64,000 nt of DNA from positions 186,001 to 250,000 of IMG/VR virus record IMGVR_UViG_3300020469_003050; one strand, written 5' to 3'. A program made the position numbers and the translations under genes. This document shows positions 30,207 to 38,739 of the stretch, one piece after another. The notes below the pieces were generated by a model. It saw only the letters and a program-made list of their open reading frames with translations. It did not search any database and was not told the DNA's origin. Position 1 is the first letter of the stretch, and each line of letters starts with the position of its first letter.

Positions 30207-30770
30207 ATGACTAAAAAATTAGAAGAAACGTTTAACATTACAGGCGCGGAAGAAGACAAGACATATGAGAATGAAGTTGAACGTGACACACCTTCTATAG
30301 AAGAATCTAACGAAATTACCAAAATCATCAATACTGAAATGAAAAATGCAGAGAAAATCGATGCATCACTTCCTATGGTATCAGATTTAAATGAACATGA
30401 CAGAGAAATGGACGATATTCATGGAAAAGCCATGCAAACATTTGAAGATTTACTGCAATTAGGTATGAATGTAGAAGTACATGCAGGTGCAAAGATATTA
30501 GAGACAGCAAATCAGCTATTAAAGACAGCTAAAGAAGCCAAAGACAGTAAAGTAGACAGAAAACTCAAAATGATTAATCTACAGTTGCAAAAAGCGAAGC
30601 TAGACCATCAAAAAGATAGGGATACTAGCAAAGATGACAACGAATTAGAGTCAGAAGGCTCTCTAAACCTTGATAGAAACGAATTATTGAAGCGAATTGC
30701 TAATGCACAAAAGGTTGCAGATGAAGTAACTGGTAAAAAACCAGAAAAAAATAACAAAAATGATAAATAA
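30207..30770 (+). CDS. Probable terminase small subunit
   Basis: 187 aa, MTKKLEETFNI, FEDLLQLGMNVE, C-terminal DRNELLK; GATAAATA at 30168-30175. Confidence 0.5.
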   Translation: MTKKLEETFNITGAEEDKTYENEVERDTPSIEESNEITKIINTEMKNAEKIDASLPMVSDLNEHDREMDDIHGKAMQTFEDLLQLGMNVEVHAGAKILETANQLLKTAKEAKDSKVDRKLKMINLQLQKAKLDHQKDRDTSKDDNELESEGSLNLDRNELLKRIANAQKVADEVTGKKPEKNNKNDK

Positions 30771-30792
30771 GAGTAGTACGTTGGAGAGCAAC

Positions 30793-31359
30793 ATGAAACA
30801 ATTTAAAGAGTTTTTAACAGAATCAGAAAAAGAACATAAATTCACAATGCGTTTTTGCTGTGAATTAGATACTAATGCAGAAGATAGAATTGAAAAGTTT
30901 TTAGGCAAATATGACCTTAGAACGATGTCAAAAACATCTACTACACCAGTATCAAAAAACCCAATGTTCTTTAAAGAGGTAGAAAATTCAGAAGTATCGA
31001 AGATTGATGTTGTTACAGGTTATCCTGTATCAGCCGATATCTTACGTCAACAACTTTCTGATTTGTTAGGTATGCATTTAACACACGTTGCAGTACATCC
31101 AGAAGGATGGGAACCAACAGAGGAAGAAGCAGAAGAAAACAAAGAAGCAAAACTTACTTCCGAAGAAGAATCAAAATCAGACGATGGTGCAAACTATGGT
31201 CGTACTTTCATAAGTGATTTTCTAAAGTCATTAACACCAAAAGAAACTGACACAGTAGAAAATGAACTAAGTCCGAAAGAAGTACGAGACCAAGCACCAG
31301 AACAAATGGATACAGAAGAAAAATCTAGTCCATCTGTTATCTCAGGAGATAAAAAATGA
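30793..31359 (+). CDS. Internal head protein with capsid-targeting-like N-terminus
   Basis: Start moved to ATG 30793 (GGAG RBS; GATAAATA 30762-30769). MKQFKEFLTE resembles the T4 internal-protein capsid targeting sequence MKTYQEFIAE. Confidence 0.6.
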   Translation: MKQFKEFLTESEKEHKFTMRFCCELDTNAEDRIEKFLGKYDLRTMSKTSTTPVSKNPMFFKEVENSEVSKIDVVTGYPVSADILRQQLSDLLGMHLTHVAVHPEGWEPTEEEAEENKEAKLTSEEESKSDDGANYGRTFISDFLKSLTPKETDTVENELSPKEVRDQAPEQMDTEEKSSPSVISGDKK

Positions 31360-32156
31360 GCAAACATTATAATTTAACTGTTACTGATGATAACGGAAAG
31401 TCAGTTACTACATCGAACACAAGCACAGAACATCCAGAAGAAGTTCTACGTATGATGCAACTTGCAGGTATGCAATCAGAACCACAATGTGGTATGGAAA
31501 GTGTTGAAGAAAACGAATATCAGGCTACACCGGCTAATGACAAGTTAGATTTAGACGATTACTCAAAGAAATCTCCAGAAAGCATTTCAAAACAACCTAA
31601 AAAGTTACAACCTTCAAGAGGCGATAACCCGTTAGAATATTCACTAGATGAAAATGAAATTTTTGAATCTTTAATGAATGAATTTGAAACAGTTGACGAA
31701 GGTAAAGTTAATCCAGGTCTTCAAGCATACCTAGATAAGAAAAAAGGTAAAAAAGATGACAAAGATGACAAAGATGACAAAGTAGAAGAAAAAGCAAAAC
31801 CAGATTTTGCAGATATCGATAAAGACGGCAATAAAAAAGAAACAATGAAAAAAGCGGCTAAAGATAAAAAAGAAAAAGCTGACGAATCAATCAATGAAGC
31901 AAAATGTGATTGTGATTGTGGAAAAGACCCATGTGAAGAATGTGGCAAGTCTCATCATAAAGTAAAAGAAGAAAGCACAGAATTAGCTAGACTAAGAAAA
32001 CTTGCAGGCAACGAAAAAGTAGATGAAGTACTTCCATTGGCGGCAATAGCTGTTGGTAAGGCTGTCGGCGGTGCGGCAAAGTTGGCAGGAAAAGCTATCA
32101 AGCATGGTGCTAAAGCAGTCGGCTCTATGGCGGCGGCTCATAATTCTAACAAATAA
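31356..32156 (+). CDS. Modular internal head protein / putative polyprotein
   Basis: 266 aa with repeated (V/L/I)xE sites, a DIDKDG loop, a Cys-rich motif, LRKLAG and a cationic amphipathic C-tail. Confidence 0.6.
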   Translation: MSKHYNLTVTDDNGKSVTTSNTSTEHPEEVLRMMQLAGMQSEPQCGMESVEENEYQATPANDKLDLDDYSKKSPESISKQPKKLQPSRGDNPLEYSLDENEIFESLMNEFETVDEGKVNPGLQAYLDKKKGKKDDKDDKDDKVEEKAKPDFADIDKDGNKKETMKKAAKDKKEKADESINEAKCDCDCGKDPCEECGKSHHKVKEESTELARLRKLAGNEKVDEVLPLAAIAVGKAVGGAAKLAGKAIKHGAKAVGSMAAAHNSNK

Positions 32157-32230
32157 TCAATAATTTAAAGAATCCTCTAAATACAGTTACAACTTGATAA
32201 TTCTATCAAGTGTGAAGAGGAGACACACTA

Positions 32231-32596
32231 ATGTATCATTCAGAAACTATGATCCAGATGATGGAAGACCTGCAACGTCAGGCTTCTGAAATGGAAAAAC
32301 ATGTCAAAGACATGATGGAAGCAGAAGGTAGAGCATGTGGCATCGAACTTGATAAAAGAAAAAATGCACGTGACCTAATGCACGAACTAATGGAACATCA
32401 ATCACATCAGGAAAACCAAGCAGAAATGACATGGGCTTATGTACCTGCAGAAAATGTAGACTATGACACTCATTCAACTGATTGGGATAACTCAATGCAT
32501 TCACCATGGGCAGGAGCAAATGGCGAAATGTTAACAGAGCAAGATTTGTGGCATGACGGTGGCGACATGGATGGCCACGAAGACCACCAAGAATAA
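32231..32596 (+). CDS. His/Met-rich acidic hypothetical protein
   Basis: 121 aa with 10 His and 13 Met; GAGGAG RBS; CTAAATA upstream; terminator downstream. Confidence 0.65.
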   Translation: MYHSETMIQMMEDLQRQASEMEKHVKDMMEAEGRACGIELDKRKNARDLMHELMEHQSHQENQAEMTWAYVPAENVDYDTHSTDWDNSMHSPWAGANGEMLTEQDLWHDGGDMDGHEDHQE

Positions 32597-32613
32597 AAAA
32601 TTCATTAAAATTT

Positions 32614-32643
32614 AAAAGCAGTCTTTATTTAGACTGCTTTTTT
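32614..32643 (+). terminator. Rho-independent terminator
   Basis: AAAAGCAGTCT-TTATTT-AGACTGCTTTTTT. Confidence 0.8.
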
Positions 32644-32694
32644 GATAAATATGATTAACAGAGATTAAAAAGAGTTATTCTAAGGGAGACTAAG

Positions 32695-33963
32695 ATGGCA
32701 AAATATCGTGGTTTAACCTGGCAAAATGCCGGAGCAGGACCAAAAGTAAGAGTAAGACGTTCTATCTGGCTGGCAGAATTAGGAGACTTCGGAGCAATTA
32801 CAGACTCCGCAGATGACTTACCAACAAGAGGTGCTCTACACAGAGGTTCTAATGGTTCTACATCAGGTACACGTGGTTATGTAAACCTTTCAACAGTAAA
32901 TGATTTAGCAGTGGTCGATACACAAGACCAAGGACTAATAACAGATACAGCTATATCAGCCGCTATCTGGAAAACAAATTCAGAAAATACAAACGTGGTT
33001 GTCCCAGCAACACAGGCAGATTTTGCAATTCAATCTTCTTCTAACTTTACAAGTTGGAATTTCGGAGACAGTGCAAATCCAGTAAACAGAAGTAATACTA
33101 TGGGCGTTTACAGACTTGCTAAGACTATGCAAACTACCACTTCATCAGGTAATCAAGAACCAGGTGATAGTGGATATGAAGTAGTTACATCGGCAACTGG
33201 TGGTTCAGGTGATACACCTATTATTGGTTGGCGTAGAATCAATAATCCTTCAACATCTTCATCTACAACTTATAGAGTTTACTCATATCAAGCAATGGGT
33301 ATTAGCAGAAACAATGCAACAAACCAAGAGTCAGGTCAACAAGTAATACACGCCTGGGATATTGAAGTTCCGGCAAATGGTGCATTATTTGTAAGACCAG
33401 GACAAAATGCCCAAAGAGGTGTTTGGGGTGATCCAAATAATGGAGGTTCTCTGTCTTACGCAAATAGTTATACAGGCGGTACTGGTGGTGCAGGTCAGAT
33501 AATGATTTATGATCCAAGCGTTTCAACAGGTACAACTATAGACGGTGTTGCAACAAATAGTATTCTTGCTATAACTTCATCAGGAGCAGGAACATCAAGT
33601 AGTAATGGAACAACGACTTCAACAATTACTGCTTCAACTAGTTTTCAGACGTACTATTCAACTGATGGTACAACAAATATTATTCAACAAGGTTCAATGT
33701 CGGGTTCAGCCCCGCCTGCATATATTGAGGCTTACGGTGGTTATCCAAATGGTTCAGGTAGCACAAGTTTACCTAGAAGCGATAATGGGTATACATCAAC
33801 TTATGTGACACCCGTAAATGATTGGGATGGCAGTGAAATAGGTGTAAACTATGGTGCAGTAACTGGAACAAACTATTATTTAGGTGGTAGAGCAAATAGT
33901 ACAAATACTCCAGGACCAAAAGGCAAATTTGTATTTGTATCTGGAGCAGTTAAAGATTCATAA
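32695..33963 (+). CDS. Virion accessory protein A (shared N-terminal anchor, Gly/Ser/Thr-rich payload)
   Basis: 422 aa; first ~102 aa nearly identical to the next ORF; GATAAATA at 32644-32651. Confidence 0.7.
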   Translation: MAKYRGLTWQNAGAGPKVRVRRSIWLAELGDFGAITDSADDLPTRGALHRGSNGSTSGTRGYVNLSTVNDLAVVDTQDQGLITDTAISAAIWKTNSENTNVVVPATQADFAIQSSSNFTSWNFGDSANPVNRSNTMGVYRLAKTMQTTTSSGNQEPGDSGYEVVTSATGGSGDTPIIGWRRINNPSTSSSTTYRVYSYQAMGISRNNATNQESGQQVIHAWDIEVPANGALFVRPGQNAQRGVWGDPNNGGSLSYANSYTGGTGGAGQIMIYDPSVSTGTTIDGVATNSILAITSSGAGTSSSNGTTTSTITASTSFQTYYSTDGTTNIIQQGSMSGSAPPAYIEAYGGYPNGSGSTSLPRSDNGYTSTYVTPVNDWDGSEIGVNYGAVTGTNYYLGGRANSTNTPGPKGKFVFVSGAVKDS

Positions 33964-33975
33964 GGAGATATATAG

Positions 33976-35259
33976 ATGGCAAAATATCGTGGTATAACTT
34001 GGCAGAACTCAGGTGCTGGCCCAAAAGTAAGAGTAAGACGTTCTATCTGGTTAGCGGAACTAGAAGACTTCGGAGTAATAACAGATTCGGCAGATGACTT
34101 GCCAACAAGAGGTGCTCTACACAGAGGTTCTTTAGGAGCAACATCAGGTACACGTGGTTATGTTAACTTATCTACAGTAAACGATTTAGCAGTGGTTGAC
34201 ACACAAGACCATGGACTAATAACAGATACGGCTGTAACAGCCGCATGGAAAACAAATCCAGAAAACACAAACGTTGTCACTCCTTCAACACCTACTTATG
34301 CATTAACACATAATGCAGGAACAAGTGTAAACGAAGGCACAACAATAACATTTACATTTACTACAACACTTGTAGCAGATGGTACTCAATTCTTGACCTC
34401 AATTACTGGGCAACATACTACAGGTAGTAGTTTTGACTTCAACACTGATATCTCTGGTGGCGGTGTCACCGATGGAACACAAGACGGTTCCGCTCCTGGC
34501 TATCCAATTGGAACACAAATAATAACAGTTAATAATAATACTGCTACTTTTCAAATAACAATTAATGCAGATGACATGGATGATGGTACCGGTATAGAAA
34601 GAATTAAAGGCAAGGTTCATAACACAGATTTAAACGGTCTAGCTTTCCCAGCCACAACGGTAGCCGAGACTGCATACATTACAATTAACGACACATCAAC
34701 GTCAACACCAGCACAAGCACGTACTCATTATCTACGTATTACAGGTGCTAGTTATAATACTAGTATAAATTCTTACGTAAATGACCATGTTGACATGTCT
34801 AGTGACCACCCTGATTGGACTGCAAATGGTATGACTACAGACGTAACAATCGTTAAATTTGCACATGCCCCATCAGGTAGAATAATAGAATTAAGTGATA
34901 CAATACCGTCTAATGTGTTTAATTTGACAACTAACAGTGCATATCATATTTGGGGATTAAATGATACTGCATACACGACTATTCATGCACCAACTGGATA
35001 TCGTATATCAGGATTTACAAAAGATTCTCAGACAAGTTATACAAGATGGAACATTGATTATGACGGTTCTCAATTCGGTGCAAGAGCAACAGTACTTGAC
35101 CAATTGTTTGAAGGACAAGTAATTAATAATTATGAAAATACTACATGGCTTACTTTATATGATACTGATGGCTATAAATATGAGTTTTCTCATCATAGAA
35201 GAAGTACAAATGGTTACTCTGACCAGTTCGAATATAACGGCACAACACAAGTATATTAA
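33976..35259 (+). CDS. Virion accessory protein B (shared anchor, Ig/Calx-beta-like domain)
   Basis: 427 aa; same anchor, then TSVNEGTTITFT...TATFQITINADD...ITINDTS. Confidence 0.7.
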   Translation: MAKYRGITWQNSGAGPKVRVRRSIWLAELEDFGVITDSADDLPTRGALHRGSLGATSGTRGYVNLSTVNDLAVVDTQDHGLITDTAVTAAWKTNPENTNVVTPSTPTYALTHNAGTSVNEGTTITFTFTTTLVADGTQFLTSITGQHTTGSSFDFNTDISGGGVTDGTQDGSAPGYPIGTQIITVNNNTATFQITINADDMDDGTGIERIKGKVHNTDLNGLAFPATTVAETAYITINDTSTSTPAQARTHYLRITGASYNTSINSYVNDHVDMSSDHPDWTANGMTTDVTIVKFAHAPSGRIIELSDTIPSNVFNLTTNSAYHIWGLNDTAYTTIHAPTGYRISGFTKDSQTSYTRWNIDYDGSQFGARATVLDQLFEGQVINNYENTTWLTLYDTDGYKYEFSHHRRSTNGYSDQFEYNGTTQVY

Positions 35260-35282
35260 TAATTTTCAACTTATCTAAAATT

Positions 35283-35309
35283 AAAAGGGAGTTTAGGCTC
35301 CCTTTTTTT
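35283..35309 (+). terminator. Rho-independent terminator
   Basis: AAAAGGGAG-TTTAGG-CTCCCTTTTTTT. Confidence 0.8.
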
Positions 35310-35351
35310 ATGCATAAATAGTATTATATTAGAAGTTAATTAGGATAATAC

Positions 35352-36386
35352 ATGATATGGACAGAATGGGATAAACTAACAGAGATTATTGTTGGTTCCA
35401 CTTATGATACAAAGTCTTTAGAACAATTCGATGATACACAATTTGTTGATAGTATGTCAAAGATACTAGAAGAAACAGAGCAAGATTTTCAAAAATTATC
35501 AGATATATTTAAATCAGCAGGTGTTAAAGTTCACAGACCAAATCCTCTACCTTTGAAATCTGAAAGTACAAGACAATGGAAATCAGATTTTCCATATCCT
35601 GCTATATGTCCTCGTGACCATCATATAGTTTATGGAGATACTATTATCAATACTATAGGTGGTGACTGTAATAGATATACTGAAAGTGATTACTTCTTAG
35701 ATATAATGTTAGAAAAACATAAAGAAGGAAGAAACTATATTGCAATGCCTAGACCTTTATTACAATCTCAGTATCAACATTATGAGACAATGGAACCTCA
35801 GATAATGTATCATGCCGCAAATATTATAAAATGCGGAGATACATTAATTCATTCAAGACCTTATAATGATTCTGAAGGCAGAGACTTTGGAGCAAGAGGC
35901 ACAAGAACAGGATTAGATTGGGTAAAAAGAAATATAGGTTGTGAAACTAAATGGATAGAAGTACCTGAGTGTGGACATGTCGATGGTATGTTAGCAATTA
36001 TTAAACCAGGATTACTAATGACATGGAAAGAAGAATATATTCCCGAAGAATTAAAACATTGGGATAAGATTATTTTAACACCATGGGATTTACCTGAGTG
36101 GTTTCATGAAATGAGAATACAACACTTCTATAAAGATAAAGTAGAAAATTGGCTATCACATTGGATTGGATATGTAGACGAAACAGTATTTGATTTAAAT
36201 GTAGTAAGTATTGACGAAAACACAGTAATTACAAATGGTCATGATAAAAGAATTGAAACTGAGTTAAAGAAATATGGTGTAGAAATGATACCGTTTGATT
36301 TTAGACATAAATATTTCTGGGACAGTGGATTACATTGCGTAACACTTGACTTAAGCAGAAATGGAGAAAGAGAAAGCTATGTATAA
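35352..36386 (+). CDS. Amidinotransferase (glycine / inosamine-phosphate amidinotransferase family)
   Basis: TEWDKLTEIIVG start, CPRD, GHVDG..IIKPGLLM, FDLNVVSIDE, C-terminal SGLHCVTLDL with the catalytic Cys; CATAAATA at 35313-35320. Confidence 0.85.
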   Translation: MIWTEWDKLTEIIVGSTYDTKSLEQFDDTQFVDSMSKILEETEQDFQKLSDIFKSAGVKVHRPNPLPLKSESTRQWKSDFPYPAICPRDHHIVYGDTIINTIGGDCNRYTESDYFLDIMLEKHKEGRNYIAMPRPLLQSQYQHYETMEPQIMYHAANIIKCGDTLIHSRPYNDSEGRDFGARGTRTGLDWVKRNIGCETKWIEVPECGHVDGMLAIIKPGLLMTWKEEYIPEELKHWDKIILTPWDLPEWFHEMRIQHFYKDKVENWLSHWIGYVDETVFDLNVVSIDENTVITNGHDKRIETELKKYGVEMIPFDFRHKYFWDSGLHCVTLDLSRNGERESYV

Positions 36387-37152
36387 TGTTGTAATGAGAA
36401 CACCTGAGTGTTTAGTAATTGATGACTTCTTACCAGAAGAAGCACAAGATAAAATTTTAAATCAAGTACAAGTCGATGAGTGGGAACAAACTCAAGGAGA
36501 CGATAAGTTTTGGCATTATACAGATGGTGCAAATTATAAAAATCAAAAGCGTTGGCAAGGTAAATATCCTTATGGTGATAATTGTGATGTTTGGTTTGAA
36601 CATTTTAATAAGTTTTTAAATGAGTATGAGCATATCGGTGACTATGTTGAAGGTGGAAAGTTTGAAGATTATGCAATGCGTTGTCATGCATATCCTGTAA
36701 ACTCAAAAAACCCATGGCATAGTGATTTAGGTTTTACAACATATACGTATTATGTTCATAAAGATTGGCAAATAAATTGGGACTCTACATTATTAATTGT
36801 TCCTATGGGAAGTGTACCAGAATACTCTCAGTGGATAGAATTAATGGAAGGAACAAAACATTATGATAGTTATAAAGAATTACGAAGTCCAATGGAAATG
36901 TTTCAACAAAAAGAAAAGTTTCAATCATTAATAGATAAAGGTGTGGGTACATTTGTAAGTCCTAAACCAAATAGATTAGTATTAATACAAAAGAATTCAG
37001 TACACGGTATTACACGTGTTGATCCAGATGCTGGTGATAATATAAGAGTTACACTCACAGGTGCAATCGGAGAAGTAGGTTGGCGTGATAGAGTTACAAG
37101 ACTAGCAGATGCAGAAATTAAAGAAGACGGAAAAGTCGGAATAAAAAAGTAA
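36379..37152 (+). CDS. Prolyl-hydroxylase-like Fe(II)/2OG oxygenase
   Basis: VIDDFLP, WHSD, YVHKDWQINW, PKPNRLVLI...HGITRV...RVTLTG; overlaps the amidinotransferase stop. Confidence 0.8.
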   Translation: MYNVVMRTPECLVIDDFLPEEAQDKILNQVQVDEWEQTQGDDKFWHYTDGANYKNQKRWQGKYPYGDNCDVWFEHFNKFLNEYEHIGDYVEGGKFEDYAMRCHAYPVNSKNPWHSDLGFTTYTYYVHKDWQINWDSTLLIVPMGSVPEYSQWIELMEGTKHYDSYKELRSPMEMFQQKEKFQSLIDKGVGTFVSPKPNRLVLIQKNSVHGITRVDPDAGDNIRVTLTGAIGEVGWRDRVTRLADAEIKEDGKVGIKK

Positions 37153-38712
37153 ATGGCAGATTTAACTAAAAAAGCATATCAAAAAACAAAGTTCAGTAAT
37201 GCACAACTATTAGAATTTAGTAAGTGTGCAAATGATCCTTTTTATTTTTTAAACAATTATTTTAAAATACAACACCCTACTAAAGGTAGTATGACATATG
37301 ATGCTTATAAATTTCAAAAAGGATTACTGAATTCTTATCATAACTATAGATTTTCTATTTCTATGCTAGGTAGACAGATGGGTAAATCTACTACTGCGGC
37401 AGGTTATCTATTATGGTATGCTATGTTTATGCCAGACCAAACTATTCTAATTGCGGCTCACAAGTATTCAGGTGCTCAAGAAATTATGCATAGAATTAGA
37501 CATGCGTATGAATTATGCCCTGACCACATTAGAGCAGGTGTTACAAGTTATAATAAAGGTAGTTTAGAATTCGATAATGGTTCACGTATCATAGCACAAG
37601 CAACTACAGAAAACACAGGTCGTGGTCTTTCAATTTCTTTACTATACTGTGATGAGTTTGCATTCGTTAGACCTAATATTGCAAAAGAGTTTTGGACTTC
37701 AATATCTCCTACTCTAGCAACAGGTGGTAAAGCAATTATTACTTCAACACCAAACTTAGATGATGACCAATTTGCTCTCATATGGAGTGGTGCTAATAAA
37801 AATATAGATGAACACGGTAATGAAAAAGAGACAGGTATCAATGGCTTTAAACCATTTAAAGCTATTTGGGACGAACATCCTGATAGGGATGAAATCTGGT
37901 CTAAAGAAGAAAGAACACGTGTTGGTGAAGAAAGATTTTTGCGTGAACATGAATGTCAATTTATTGCGTTTGATGAAACACTTGTAGATAGTATCAAACT
38001 TTCTCATTTAGAAGGCAAAGAGCCTCTTATGAAAACTGGGCAAGTAAGATGGTATGAAAAAATTAATAAAAATTCTACTTACGTTGTTGGTCTTGATCCT
38101 GCTATGGGTACTGGAGGAGATTATTCAGCAATCGAAGTTTGGTCTTTGCCAGAATTAGTACAAGTAGCAGAATGGCAAAGTAATCGTACAGATGTAAGAG
38201 GTCAAGTAAAAACAATGCATGATATCCTAACTATCTTAAATGATGAAATGAATGAATTAGGAAATCGAAGACCAGAGATATATTGGTCTGTAGAGAATAA
38301 CTCACTTGGAGAAGCCGCTCTTATTGTTATTGATGAAATGGACGAAGATAAATTTCCAGGTGAATTCTTACATGAACCAAAGAAAAAAGGTATTCAAAAA
38401 GCGATAAGAAAAGGATTTACTACATCTTATAAAACAAAGATAACTGCATGTATGAAATTAAAATCTTGGATTGAGAGTGATAAAATGGTACCACTCAGTA
38501 AGAATTTAATTAGAGAATTTAAGACATTTATTGCAAAAGGTAAAAGTTTCGAAGCAAAATCAGGCGAAACAGACGATTTAGTAAGTGCTACATTGCTTTG
38601 TATCAGACAAATTCAAGTAATATCACGATTCGATGAAGAATTTATGGAGACATTAGGAGAATCACTTGATAGTGAAGACGATTTTAATGACCCTCTTCCT
38701 GTACTATTTTGA
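37153..38712 (+). CDS. gp17: Terminase large subunit (gp17-like)
   Basis: RQMGKST Walker A, LLYCDEFAF Walker B, ITSTP, GLDPAMGTGGDYS nuclease motif, DDLV. Confidence 0.95.
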   Translation: MADLTKKAYQKTKFSNAQLLEFSKCANDPFYFLNNYFKIQHPTKGSMTYDAYKFQKGLLNSYHNYRFSISMLGRQMGKSTTAAGYLLWYAMFMPDQTILIAAHKYSGAQEIMHRIRHAYELCPDHIRAGVTSYNKGSLEFDNGSRIIAQATTENTGRGLSISLLYCDEFAFVRPNIAKEFWTSISPTLATGGKAIITSTPNLDDDQFALIWSGANKNIDEHGNEKETGINGFKPFKAIWDEHPDRDEIWSKEERTRVGEERFLREHECQFIAFDETLVDSIKLSHLEGKEPLMKTGQVRWYEKINKNSTYVVGLDPAMGTGGDYSAIEVWSLPELVQVAEWQSNRTDVRGQVKTMHDILTILNDEMNELGNRRPEIYWSVENNSLGEAALIVIDEMDEDKFPGEFLHEPKKKGIQKAIRKGFTTSYKTKITACMKLKSWIESDKMVPLSKNLIREFKTFIAKGKSFEAKSGETDDLVSATLLCIRQIQVISRFDEEFMETLGESLDSEDDFNDPLPVLF

Positions 38713-38739
38713 TAAATACATCTATAAGGAATCAATAAT

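Noticed and set aside
31752-31778. 9-bp tandem repeat AAAGATGAC x3
   Set aside because: In-frame KDD low-complexity linker; no sign of a phase-variation role.
32695-34278. Diversity-generating retroelement (template/variable repeat) suggested by the ~300-nt repeat pair and an Mtd_N-type fibre
   Set aside because: Both copies are coding N-termini, differences are mainly synonymous and not adenine-specific, and no reverse transcriptase is in the window.
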